A DNA stretch of 64,000 nt from Stegostoma tigrinum (lineage: Eukaryota): NCBI RefSeq assembly GCF_030684315.1, contig NC_081400.1, positions 3,403,795 through 3,467,794 on the forward strand. Direction: 5' to 3'. Below the pieces are notes generated by a model. The model was not told the origin of the DNA. It did no database searches and was given only the letters and a program-made list of their open reading frames with translations. Position 1 is the stretch's first letter, and the number at the start of each line of letters is the position of its first letter. A program made the position numbers and the translations under genes. Shown here piece after piece: positions 11,374 through 24,190 of this stretch.

Positions 11374-11696
11374 GTAGTGATGATCGGAAACCATCCGTAA
11401 TTCTGCTCCCACCTTCCCCAGAACAAATAGACACGGCATCAGCCATTCTGTCCTGTCTGGTGAGCAGCTTTAAGCCTGGCCTCGTGCAGGTCCTCTGGAG
11501 CGTGGATGGGAAAGAGACAGACAGTGGAGTGACCACAAGTGTCGTGTCCCCAGAAAGTGATCAAAGCTACAGCCTGAGCAGTTACCTGACAGTCACGGCC
11601 ACTGACTGGAAGAAAGGTTCCAGATATTCCTGTAGTGTGAGGCACGGATCACTGACCTCGCCTCTCCTCAACACCAGTAGCTCCAGCGACTGTTAG
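11374..11696 (+). CDS. IgL constant exon, cluster 1 (type I/NS5/sigma-cart-like)
   Basis: Acceptor tccccacacacAG, phase-compatible with J. SDDRKPSVILLPPS...LSCLVSSFKPG...W...YSLSSYL...YSCSVRHGSL...DC* is a C1-set domain with terminal Cys. Resembles horn/nurse shark type I C from memory. Confidence 0.95.
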
Positions 11697-11966
11697 CTCT
11701 GAGGCATAAAATGCAACTGACAGTCACTGTGTACGATGCGGCATTATGTTGTTTGCTTTTGTTTCGCAATGTAACTTTTGCAGTAATGTCAGCATTTGGT
11801 GTACAACCCGATCATTGAGAGACATGTGGAGGGAGTGAAATGGTTGTTCCTATTGGGGAGCGGGGATTTCCTGCTGCAATCATCTCCATGGGTAGAACGG
11901 AGAGCAACTTCCCGTTCTGGGTAATGAGCGAGATGGATTTGTGAACTGTGTGTAAGGACAGCTCTG

Positions 11967-11972
11967 ATTAAA
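11967..11972 (+). terminator. Candidate polyadenylation signal (ATTAAA)
   Basis: About 270 nt after the C stop codon. Conserved at 40733-40738. Confidence 0.4.
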
Positions 11973-13521
11973 CGCAAAATATGACAAATCAATGACTGTT
12001 CATTATTATCAAACACCGAAAACAACACTGATGGTCTTGACAATGAATAGTATACACCTGTGACAATGATGCACAGAATTGCATTAAATGATGGTATCGG
12101 AAAGTACATCATTAAAGTTCACCTGAATCACTTCCTTGAGGGTATGAGATCCCGATTCTCCCACACTGCCAGTTGGAACAAGTCTCCAACTCTCTCCCAT
12201 TCGATGCAGGCTTGATTTCCCATCCTCTCCAACCTCTCCCGTCTGAAGGAGTCTCATGATCTCTATACCTGAGGTAGCTCTTCCTGCTTTCCTGTCTGAA
12301 TTTATTGGAACCGGTTTTGTTGGCGAAAGAAACAGAATGTTCCATTCCATCCAATCCTCAGAATTTTCAAAACTGAAAACACACAATGTCCCCCAGCTCC
12401 CGTTTCTAGAGAGAATTGTAACAGGTTGGTCATTGTCTCTTGATGAATCCAACCTCCCTGTACTGTCATTGGTCTTGTCGAAGATAACACCTTTTCGATT
12501 GACTCTGCAATTTTGAAAGAACTGGGTGCCCTGGAATTTTATCCTGAGTGCAGTCGAATTAAAAAGAGTGGTAGCGGGTTTATTGTGTAAAATACACGCT
12601 GTCAGGTGCAGCAGATTGAGTGTCGTGAACAGGTAATCTGCAGAGAGGTTTCTATCCCAGTCTTCTTTCGCATTCCAGCACGTTATGTGTTCATATACAA
12701 ACACACACAAGCAGGGGACATTTATTCCAACATGCGTACAAATTGCTTCATACCAACAACACGTGCCCGAGTGTGACTTTTGCCTCTCCACTCGCCCTTC
12801 CACTTCGGCCCTACACTAACTGTGTGTCTGAGTTAGAGGTAATAAGCTTTCGTTGGGGGTAGAGAGCCATTGCCCTGTCCCACCTCATTCAGACTGACCT
12901 ATACTTCCTTCCTCAGAGAGACTGGTTTAGGATATAGGCAGAGGCCGACAGTGGGCACGATTCCCATTGGAGAGAGAGTTGATAACTGGACTGGTGTTGG
13001 TCGTGGGAGTAAAAATTATATTGTATGTTTTTTTCCAAAAAAACCGAGACATTGTGATGTCGCACCCAGGAATGTGAAAGCAGATGGAACAGGAACTTTC
13101 AACACGTGGATAGAGCAGATGGTGGGGTTTTGGGGGAGGTTCACGGTGGGTGTGTGTGGGATCTGCGAGACTAGATCTAGGCTTGAGTCACAATTATAGT
13201 TAATCGCAGAATGTGGATGTGGCAGCACTGTGTTTTCATCTTCAAACACTGGAGTCCTCCATGCACCATCAGTGTTCACATGGAGTCAGGGACTCGCCCT
13301 TCTTCCCACTCACCTCCTCCCACATCCGGGATGTCTGTCAAATTCCAAGAATTAACCGTTGATTGTTTGCAGACATTGGGCTGAGGAATCCTCGCTAGCA
13401 ATGCAGTCTCTTGTGAAGATATTTTTAAAAGGCTGTTTCAATCAAAAATATCAAGCTTTCTTCTGATTACATGGAACGACACGCACACATTCTACATCTA
13501 CTTATTCTCATATACAGACAT

Positions 13522-13565
<44 letters not shown>

Positions 13566-14191
13566 ACACACACACACACACTCACAGAGAATTTCAATTC
13601 ACAATTATTGATGAATTTGTCTATCTTATACAAGTGCATAATAATTCTGAGGCTAAATGATGAGCAAATTAACCCCACCGATAAGTTCCAAGGCATGTCT
13701 TAACAGGAGAGAGGCTGAACAGTTCCGGCCAGCACTCATCAGTGTTTGGACAAATGGGAGGATAATCAACTGAGGCGTGTAAGTTGCTGGAGTGGATTGA
13801 TAAAGGAAAACGTAGACAGGATGTTTCGTCATGTTGGGCAATCTAGACAGAGAGATCACAGTTTTATGATAAAAGGTTACGAATTTAAAACAGAGCCGAG
13901 GAGCAATGATTTCTCTCAAAATGTTGTGAACCTGAGCAGAGCAATGGACGCCGGATCAAAGAGTAACTTTGAGGAGAAGATAGATTTTTCATTAAGAATG
14001 AGTTAAAGGGGGTTATGGAGAGCGGGCAGGAAAGTAGAGTTGTGATCAATCATGAGAGATCAGGCTAAAGGGGCTGACTGGCCTGCGACTGTTCTAGATA
14101 TCATGTTCTTATCAGATGCACTGTAGACAGTAGTCAACATTGACAAGTATGAGTGTCTATAAACAGAACAGACACTGCTGAGATTGCACAG

Positions 14192-15988
14192 TGGACAAAT
14201 ATCTAGCCGCATGGCATCAGCATCCAAAATTTAACTGGGATTTTCTGGGGCCAGATGACAGTACAACATCGGGATGGCTTCTGCTTCCTTCAGAAGAGTA
14301 GAAAAATGATGACTGCAAACTCCAACTTCACCCTGTTAACAAGAAAATGAAAGTGCTTTGAGCATGATCAGATTCGATTCAATCTCACTATATGAAAGAG
14401 CAGACTCATAGGCCTGGATGGCCTACTTCTGCCCCGACGTCGGATAATCCTTCTCAATTAAACCTGCACAAAAGAGGAGTTTCAATTTATGGTCAAGTGT
14501 AGTTCGGGATGAAAAGTGTTCATGTTACTCAGAATGTATCCTGAGACAGCGAGAATGTTAGTCTGAAGGAAACAAATGAAATACTGGGGCTAAATGATGA
14601 GCATTCAAGTGAATGTTAGAGTTTTACTAAGTTTCATTCTGAGTCAGGAATCTGAAGAACAAATTGGAGGCAATATCCAGGGAACACAACATTGTGCTGA
14701 CAGTGACCACGGCTGTCTTCTTCCTGCTCATGGGCTGTGAAATTGTGGGGCTCACCAATGTGGATCCTGATCACTTTCAAGTCGGTCTGGGGACGGCGTC
14801 AGAGCAATTTCACCGGTTGCTGCTGTCACCGACAGAGCTTTCTGTATATGTCCAGCACTGAAACCACACGGATAAGATGGAGTGCCAGGTGGGGTGGGGA
14901 TAAGATGGGGAGGGTGCGGTGGGCAGAGAGCAGGGAATCCATTCACAATGTTTGTTGTTTTCATTTTTGTGGAAATTACCTGACTTGAGTTGGAAAGGAA
15001 TGGGGCGCCCTGGAAAGAAATAGTGCCATGCCGAGACGATGCAACGACTTTCCTGTTCATGGATACAGAGCCCAGGTTTGACATTTGCTGAAGCTGAGCA
15101 GCATTCTCATCCGTCCTGCCCGGTGGCGCTGTGAGATATATATATAGTCATCCCAATCGCTAGGCGGCACTGTGACTGAAATATTTTCCCTTCCCTTCCT
15201 CTGGGGGAGCCTGCTGCTATTGTGTCTGTTGTCAACACATTCTCGTCGCTGCCGATAGGTGGCGATTAGTTACTGAAGTTCTTTCTTTGTTGAAAAAGGT
15301 TTTGTGGATCTGAATTATTACTGTCAGATTTACCTCGATACCGGAAAATATTTTGTTTATCATGTTCCACAGGCAGAGCATATCTTGTAAAGCTCATGAC
15401 AGTAATAAAACAGAGTTGAGAATACAATGCAATGATTATCGAGAAAAGGCACAAAGACCTGGAAATTTAATAACTTGAGCACTCCATGCAGAAATCCAAA
15501 AACAGCAGTGTAGGAGCAGTTTCTGAAAATGTGAGTGCGTGCGCTTCATGCTTTGTATCTTTTTCCTAATGTGAGAGGCTGGAAGAGACTATAACGTGCT
15601 TATGAGGGGATTTTGATTATATTGGCTCCCTTCCCGAGGCAGTGAGAAACATAACTGGAGCCAATTATAAAATTGAGGCCATCGTCTGTGCAACAGCTCG
15701 TCAATCAGCTCCAAGGCATCCGCAAGGTCTCTGCAAGATGTTCCGTCGTCGAGGCATCCCTGGTCTGGGTACAACAGAGATAAAACCAACAAGAATTCAC
15801 ACTTCAGGCATAGAAACGTGCGTCCGTGTTCCGGACACAATCTCTACCTCAGCGATGTGGCACTGCTCCCAGGATTCCCTGCTCTGGGCATCACGACCAC
15901 CAGCAATTCCAGCTCAGATGTGGAACTGAATACTTTCCTTCAGTCCCTGCATGTGCTCAAGTTCTCGCTCTTAGAACTATGTGAATAA
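14192..15988 (+). pseudogene. Unidentified multi-exon pseudogene fragment (exons ~14192-14297, 14648-14780, 14972-15075, 15678-15988)
   Basis: Phase-compatible exon-like blocks conserved in both units, with stops and a frameshift. Protein not recognised. Confidence 0.5.
15116..15265 (+). promoter_or_regulatory. Tandem CTCF-like motif array (unit A)
   Basis: CTGCCCGGTGGCGC 15116, TCGCTAGGCGGCAC 15157, CCTCTGGGGGAGCC 15198, CCGATAGGTGGCGA 15252, compared with consensus CCRSYAGRKGGCRS. Confidence 0.6.
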
Positions 15989-18900
15989 TGTATATTTTCA
16001 AACCAATGGCTGGAAAAACGCTGACTGATAAACATCATCAACCCTGCTGGCTGGTGGTGTATCGCATATACGTTATATTGACACAGTAATACCTGCTGGT
16101 ATGTAGCAATGTGAGTGATATATTTTTATTAATATATGCATACTCATCCCTGCTGCTGATGACACTGTAACTGAAACTTACTCTGATCTCTGTTGCGGGG
16201 TGAGATTTACTGCTATATAACACCAATATCTCTCACTGGTCCAACTGCTGGGAGGCACTGTGATTGCAGGGTTCGAGCTGTTATATTTCTTCAGCCCGCC
16301 AGTTGTGGAACACTGTGAATAACGATTTTTTTCCCATTCCTCATCAACTACCTTACATACTGCAATAAATCAGCTTTTGCAGGTCTGTGCTATCTCAAAT
16401 CATAATATTTACAACTGTTTTTCCACATCCATCCAGTTCAGCAGAAAGACCTTTGAATGAATCTGCGATAGAAATAGAAGCTGCTGGAAAAATTGAGCTG
16501 ATCTGGCAGCACCCCTAAGGAGAAATCAAAGTTAACGTTTTGGGTCCAGTGACCCTTTGTCAAAACTGGGACATCGTCTGTAAGGCCACCTTCAGAGGGA
16601 TCATCAACTGCATTTGCACTAAATACACGAACAGTTCTGATGAGGGCATCAATTTTCCTGGTTTTCAGAGTTGCCTGCAGATTAGAAAAGCTGTGTTCCC
16701 ATGCAGAAGGACCATAAGTACTCCTCTTCTTTCCCAAATTCCTCCCCAGTGGATTGACGGGAAAGTTGGTGGCCTCCTGAAACTCCTTCCAGCTTTTCAT
16801 GCCTACCACTCGGTGGCACTTTGGTCCGTGTTAATCTACGGATGCGCTGATCTGACTGGCTTTAACCTCTGCAGGTGCTAGCGTCTACCATTAGATGGAG
16901 CTACCGAGTCAGCAGTGTTGCAGATCCCTGGACATTGCCAAACTGTGTGAATCATCTCCCTTCTGCTGCAACATCGTGAAGACGACACTTCACCACGTCT
17001 CTCCCTATCGTTGTCGCTGACACATACCCAATTGTCATCCTCTCTCTGTCCCTCTCTCCCGTGTTCTCTGACTCTGACTTGCCATTTCTCCTCCTGTACT
17101 TTGTCTCTCACTGACCTTCTGGCACACATTCCCCTTGCTCACTGACATTGTCTCTCTGTCGTACTCTTTTCCCTTAATCCCCTCTCCCACTAGCAACTTT
17201 CTCTCACTCTCTCTCTACCACTTCTCATTTCTCTCCCTCCCCACCATCCTCTACTGCCTCTATCCTTCCCTGTCTCTCTACCTTTGACTCACTCCCTCAC
17301 ACACATTCTCTCTTCATTCATCATTAAATCTCATTCATCTTTCTCTCCCTCTATTTCGCTCCCACTTTACCCTCTCCCTTTTTTCCAAACCACTAACTCC
17401 TCTCAGATATCTCTCCATCACTCTGTCTCTCAGAAAGTCCTCTCCCTATCACTCTCTCTCTCTTTCATGTTTTCTGTTGCACTCTCTCCCAAATCTCTCC
17501 TCGCACTCTTTGCCTTTCTCTATCTGGCTTGCTGCAGTTCCTCTCACCCTCTTTAGTTCTAAACCTTTGCATCACACACTGGCTCTCTCTTCCCCCACCC
17601 CCCCCCCACTTCCCTCCCAACCTCTCCATGTTCCTTTCTTTCCATCTCTCACACTCCTCCTTCTTAGGTCACTCTCTCCAAACCCCTCTATCACAGTCTG
17701 ATTCTCTCTTAAGCACACTCTCTGTCTCACCCTCTCCCACCTTGCATTTGGACCTATCCTTTCTATCTCACCGCATCTCCGTGACTGCATTCTTCTAATA
17801 TTCCATTGTCTGATTTAATCTTCTGACATTTCTTCTTGCACAGACGTGAAAACTGATGCACGTTTCAACCGGTGTCGCCATCAGACTCAAGTCACTGCCC
17901 TCATGACTTACGTTTTGGGCTCTGTTGTACTGATTGACAGCAGAACCCCCAGAGGTGTCTTCTGATTGGCCCTGGGAGTGAAGTTTCAAATCTGCCATAA
18001 TCAACTGAGGAAGGAAGGATAAAATGTTGCCCAGGGTGGAGGAATATTTTCAGTATGTCTAATGTATACTGAGAACCAAGATCCCTGCTTTGACCTGAGG
18101 AACTGTAGTTGCTTCATGCGAATGTTAATGCACTTGCCAAAGCTGAGATGAAGGAGCTGTGCAGATGCACACTCTGGATTAAATCCCAACACAGGTTCAA
18201 TCAATCACTTGGTTAGTAAATCTGGAGCTTCATCTGCTTCTTGGTCATTGTGACAACTGCCATTGATAGTCACAACAGATAAAAAAAAACACAATCGAGG
18301 ATTTTACAATTGGGGGAAATTAATCTACTCTCATTGTCCCGTCTAAGCCTACATATGACACCAGACCCAGACAGAGATGGGAGTAAGGGGGCAACTCAGA
18401 TGTCCCCTCCGAGGAAGCCAAGGGTCAATTAAGGATGGACAGCGATGCTGGCCCCAACTGGTGGAAGTGCCTTCAAAGAATGATGTGGTGTGGGAATAAA
18501 TTCAGTCAGTAGGACCTTTCTGTGTTACCATGTTCCACTACCCCCAACCCCCGCATCTTCCATTATTACTGGTCTTGGTGTGCACACTGGCAATCTGTCT
18601 CTCTCTCACTTTCTTACTTTCCAAGCCAGTTAATAGGATGATAGATTTATTTTTAGATAATAATGACTTCAAGACAGAGCGTGGGGATATGTCATAAAGC
18701 AACGGTCAGATTGAATGCTGAACAGGCTCGGAGGGTGGAATGGCTTCCTTCTGCTTCAAGTTCCTGCATCATTCTCCCTGTCGCTCTCTGGTTTTCGTTC
18801 CATCTCATGGATTTGGAAAGGGCCTGGGAAATGAGGCTGGATGATGTGTTCTTTGTTTGTGTTCATCCCCAGCTGGAAGTTGTTCTGCTGGAGTAATTGC

Positions 18901-21599
18901 ACAGTGTGTAATGCTGAATGCATGTGTACTGACTACACGTATGATCCAAGGTGAACTTCAGCTGTCTAGTCTGGGAGAGTTTTTACTTGGTGGAATTCAC
19001 ATGTTACCATGACAGTGATAGTGTATACGTATCAATTTCTCCCCAGACTGCAATCGTTTTTGATTCATCAGTTCACATTCCTCTTTACTTGGCTTTCTCT
19101 TTACTTCCGCGTACACAAAATCTCTCTCAATTTTCCTCCCTCCCATCAGCACACAGTAATCTCACACTAGAGTGAAAAATATAACTCAGCAATTCAACTG
19201 TGAGGTCCACGACGGTCTGATCTGAAACTGCTCTCTCTCTCTCTCTCTCTGCTACGCCACAGCCTGCATGGCAAACTGACAGATAAGTGGCATTGCTATT
19301 TAGGGCAGCAAGCATGAGCAGTCTGTTCACCTCCTGGAGACACCAATCTGTGGCCTGACTCTGCCCTGTGCCCTTTCACGGTTTGGACGGTGTGTCTTGG
19401 ATCACAAAATGGGTACTTTTTTTTCAGATACTGTTAAATGTACTTAAGTGAAGACTCGACAGAATGAATTTACTTAGATGTGAACATTTATTAGATAATA
19501 ATAAAACATGAAAAAGAATGGATAAAGAAAGCAAGAAGTCTCCGAGAAGATAGAATTCAGCACAATGCATCACACTCCTGTACAGCAAATTTGGCCTTGC
19601 AGACCCTTGATGGACAGCCTGGAGTCTTAGCTTGTTTGCTGTTACCTTTTGCATTCCCGGTCTGAGCCGAAGAACAATGACTGGGAACAAAACACTCTCT
19701 GTTATACAGTGTAACAAACAGCAAATATAGAAAGGGCAGAAAGCTGATTGTGCCATCTTCAACACATGGACAGAGGCAATGAATCCAAATCAGCTTTTCT
19801 ATCTCTGTATTGACAACACATTAAATTTAAAAATTTAAAGACCCTCAAAACTAACGCCAATGATCCGTCATCACATTTTTTTTGAATGAACGATCCCAGA
19901 CTTGGTGAATGATCAATTATCAATAATGCCATTTTTTATTCACTTAAGCAAAATGTTTGACACTGTACAAACATTATATTACCTTCCTAAGAGGAAAACT
20001 CAGGAACAAATTAAATGGTTTATCTATTATACTGAAAAACCCTTTGTTTCAAGGCCCATTCACACAAAAGACAGATCGTCAAATGAACGCAGTAAACGGT
20101 TAAATGAAAGAAAGTAACAAAATTAGTCAAACTTTTAAAATTGATTTCATGGTGTATCATTCCACAGACATCCATGAATGTTTCGTGATTGATTTGAGCA
20201 CAAGGGCTTTTGCAGATTTGCTTGAGACAATTGATCGGTATCCACCCCTTTGCTGGCAAATAAAATTTAGCTCCCAGGCGTGGCTTTGGGTGAAACCAAT
20301 CCTTGTTTGGTCTGTTTTCCTTTCCTCACAAACTGCTACCCACAATCCAACAGTCACTTTCAGCTCAAGCGTCACAGCTCCAAACAAAATTGGTAAAAGA
20401 TTAAAGATTAAAGTGACGAACAGTGATCAAGGATTCAGACAGGTTGAGACTCGCTTCATGCTCCTTCAGTGGATTTGTGTCCTGTTGACCCTTTTGACTT
20501 CTCTTTAAGCAAACACCATTGCCAGGACTGATACTGTGAGATATTCCACACTGTCACTCCCACCATATGATTATTTGTGAGGCTAAATTTGAAGTAGAAG
20601 GAGGGATGACGCCACTGTTGCTGTCTCGTCCCATCTGGATACATCTCTGTGTCCATTTGACAAAGGCACCCAGCTTGCATTGATAGACTCTGTGAGGAAC
20701 GGGAAAGGTGACACTTTATCTTGCAATATGGAAGAACCAAGAGCTACCAGGTGTAAGTGATGCCAAATGCAATTTGCTGCTCTTAATGACTAGTGGATTG
20801 TATCAAACAGTACGTCCCTTTGTGTTGAATCAAGAGACATCAGCCTGAACCAACTCAATAAATGTGGGCAAAATGCAGAATAGACAGCGATGAAATTCCA
20901 TAGACGGAAGTAACTGTCTTAATAATCCCACCCGAATTATGGATTACACTAGCAGACAATTTCGGGCTATCAGTGGCGTTTGGAAAGTAGCTTCCTGATG
21001 CTTGCTGGCTCCACACGTGTACAGAGGAGAAAAACTGGTATGTTGAAGCCAAAACAAACATCCCTCTTTACTCTTGAAAGGGCATCTACTGCCTCATATT
21101 CATTCCTTACAGAGTGGCAGTAACGAATGATCATGTCAATATTCAGCCATTGGATCTTGTCATCATCGCGAAGCATAGGTGATTGCATAGAAGTAAGTTA
21201 AATTTCGATGGTAATGCCTCAGCCAGGCAGAGCTGACAGACATCCAATCCCTTTTCTGCGGTGGTATAAATTGTTGCCCCCTCGGAAATGTAGTATTATT
21301 GTGTCTTGTCCTGATAAATAATGTACAAGATGAAAGTGATTGACAAGGTGAGTTTATGTGGGATACGAAACATTGAAAGAGAACATTCAGCCCAGATGAG
21401 ACCACTCAAGTGATGATGCTCTGATCATTGTGTGTGAGAGACAAAATAAGATGGGAACAGGGCCTGTTCCACACAGTACACTAACCGACACGAATAAAGG
21501 GAGCCTATATGATTGCCATGGCCTCGCCTGTGAACCAGAGAACATGAAAGGCATTGGAAAGGAATATGTTGAGGGTGAGGACCAGCTAGGCTCAGCAGA

Positions 21600-23170
21600 G
21601 GAAGGTAGTGGTGGGTGTTAACTGCCCAGGCCTTTGCTCAGGTAGGAGCAGAGACCTTTAAGAACATTGTGTTGGTGCTTAGGCGTGTAAAATGATTGTA
21701 TGCCCATTGTAAAGAGGAGGTGGCTGAAGCCTGCATATTTGAAAGTTTGAAACTGACACAAAGTGTCAGAGGAATCACGGATATAGGTGGGCAGGGGATG
21801 GACCAGGGTAGACAAGCCTCAGTCAAGGTGGGAAGAGATGATATCTGTGGTGCAGGAGCATGCTGAAACAATGGACCTGCCCGGTAAGTTCTGTTTCTGG
21901 ATTTTTGCAAGAGTGTAGAAGTGAGCGATGCAGGGCTGGTGGACTGTTAACCTGGAGGAAGTGTGGGGGTCGGGTTGAGGGAGATCACCATATGAAATGA
22001 GGCCAGTACCCGAGTTGACACGATGGCCTGATGTGTCAGGGTGGGGTCATGGTCCGGGGAAGATATGAGGATGTATCAGAGAGCTGACACTGAGACTTTA
22101 AAATGTAGATGTCAGTATGCCAGACTAAAACAGCACCATCCTTATCGGCAGGCCTAATTACACAAAAGTCAGGGATAGATCGAAGCGTGTGGAGTGCAGT
22201 TAGTTAGGAGTGGGATCGGTTGGATTTGGTGAGTGAAGGATAGAAATTGAGGGATCCAATATCATGTGGACAGTTCTCAATGAACAGTTTGAGGCTGAAT
22301 AAAGGTCCATAGATTGGGGTCCAGGTGGAGGGACAATGATGGAACTGGGCAAAGGAGCCTTTGGGATGGGAAGATGACTCCTGCACAAAGAAATGGGAAC
22401 GGAGCTGATTATAGTGGAAGAAGAGCTCGATATTATGCCTTGCCCGAAATATGTTACGGTGGGGTACAGAGGAATAAATCTGCAAGTTTTGCAAAATACA
22501 CAACGTTCAGCATCAGAGAGCAGGAGCCTAGGTGGAATGGTGAATACCCGACAGGTGGGGTTGGTGGCGCAGATGGAGTCAGCGGGAACGGGAGGAGAGG
22601 AAAATTACAGAGGGCCATGGGTCACCCTGATTTTTAGCACATTGCAGGCCTTGCTGCCTGAAAGTCAAAGAAAACATTTGGTGTGAGCGTGACAAATTCG
22701 ATGTATGAAGGACTGGAACTGCCCGGTGGTGCAGCCCTGAGCCGGTGTGTTGCGATGCTGCTGGAGAGAAATGAAAAGAATATGCATGTGACACCGCGGG
22801 GAGCTAATACTGGATCTCAGGATGTGGGGAGAGCAGCTGTCCATGGAACGTTGAATGTCACGGAGATATCTATGATTCCTGGAGGATTCAAATCATGAAG
22901 AGTGAAACTTCCGTTGGAATGCACATGGGATGAGTCTGACTGGGAGGCAGTCACTGGGAAATGTGATATTGCTGTGGAACAAATTTTAGGAAATATTTGT
23001 CAAACAGGAGGAACGACAGTCGAATTAACCTCGGTGGGCAAGAAGAAAGATTGGAACACAACTTCCGTCAGAGAGAGGAGCAGAACTTCTTCAAGGTGTG
23101 AATGCCGAGAAGAGGTGTGGCATGGGGTAAAAGAGGGAATAAAGATTGAAAGAACGGTGGATGTTGTAAA
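21600..23170 (-). mobile_element. Old degenerate PLE reverse-transcriptase segment
   Basis: STLVHPLPTYIRDSSDTL...FTMGIQSFYT resembles PLE RT. Paralog at ~53820-55400. Confidence 0.75.
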
Positions 23171-23499
23171 TAAAGAACAAAAATAAACAGAAGTTTCTGG
23201 AAAACCTCAGCAGACCTGCGAGCAACTGTGAAGGCCAAGAAAAACACAGTTAACGCTTTGGGATAAATGACCCTTCCTGAGAACTGATGGTCACAAGCAA
23301 TGCGTCGGTTTATGTGCAGAAGATAGAGAGTGGAATGAGTAGGGATGAAATGACAAGATCAAGGAGAGATCCCAAAGACAGAGATGAGCAGATGAACAGA
23401 CAAAGGAGTCGATAGGATTTGGATAGGACGGTCAATGGCTAATAATTGGGACTGGAAACCTCTGAAATATCCAAATTCATTATCAACCAAGAATTCCCC

Positions 23500-24190
23500 T
23501 AGACCATTGTGGACAGGGACATCAAGTGGATCCGATCCCTTCTCCTGCACATTTGCTCTGACCACATCTCTTTGGTCCTTCGATAGCGACAGGGTTCCCC
23601 TTGTCTGGACCTACTATCCCATCAGTATCGACATCCAGAAGATTAACAAATACCATTTCCACCAGTTCCAGCAGCTCACAGACATATATTCCCCTCCCCT
23701 CCAGGGTGTGCCTTCCACAGGGACCATTTGCGCTGCACACCCTGATCCATTCTTCTTTCATCCTCAACAATAAGCCACAGCACCACTGAATCTCCACTTG
23801 CAACTAACAAAGGTGTAACATCTACCCAATAAATCCTCCTTCCTCACTGACCAAGGGAATACATAGAACTTCCAGGTGAAGGAACACTTTACCTGTATTT
23901 CCCTGAAGCCAATGTACTGCATTCACCCCTCACAATGTGGTCCCCTCCACATTGCTGAAACGAAGCACATACTGCCTGACTTCTCGCAGAACACCTCCAT
24001 TCTGATAGCAACAAAAGACCGTGAGCTTCCAGTTGCCTGCCACTGTGACACAGCACCTTGTTTCCTGGCTAACACCTCTGCCTCAGGCTTGCCAGAGTTT
24101 ATCAGTGAAGCTCAGCACAAGCTGGAAGAATGGCACCAAATTTTCCACTTGGGTATTCTGCAGCCCTCCAGGTTCAAAACTGAGTTCAAT
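23500..24190 (+). mobile_element. Old degenerate PLE GIY-YIG segment, inverted relative to the RT piece
   Basis: HFTCISLKPMYCIHPSQCGPLHIAETK...PVACH...KLEEWHQIFHLGILQPSRFKTEFNNF. Paralog at ~55700-56580. Confidence 0.75.

Noticed and set aside
11862-11871. NF-kB site GGGGATTTCC after C
   Set aside because: Degenerate in unit B (AGGAGTTTCC). A single short match.
12084-12803. 239-aa minus-strand ORF just 3' of C
   Set aside because: Non-ATG start, broken in unit B, no recognisable domain. Probably chance or decayed TE.
15100-15270. Short periodic repeats as a CRISPR-like array
   Set aside because: Vertebrate DNA, degenerate units, no cas genes.
15850-15863. Extra CTCF-like motif CAGCGATGTGGCAC
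   Set aside because: Weak match that lies inside the putative pseudo-exon, so its conservation has another explanation.
11726-16317. CACTGTG heptamers downstream of C (11726, 15168, 16256, 16311) as a kappa-deleting-element analogue
   Set aside because: No convincing nonamer at 12 or 23 nt. The best partial match (16279-16287) is not conserved in unit B.
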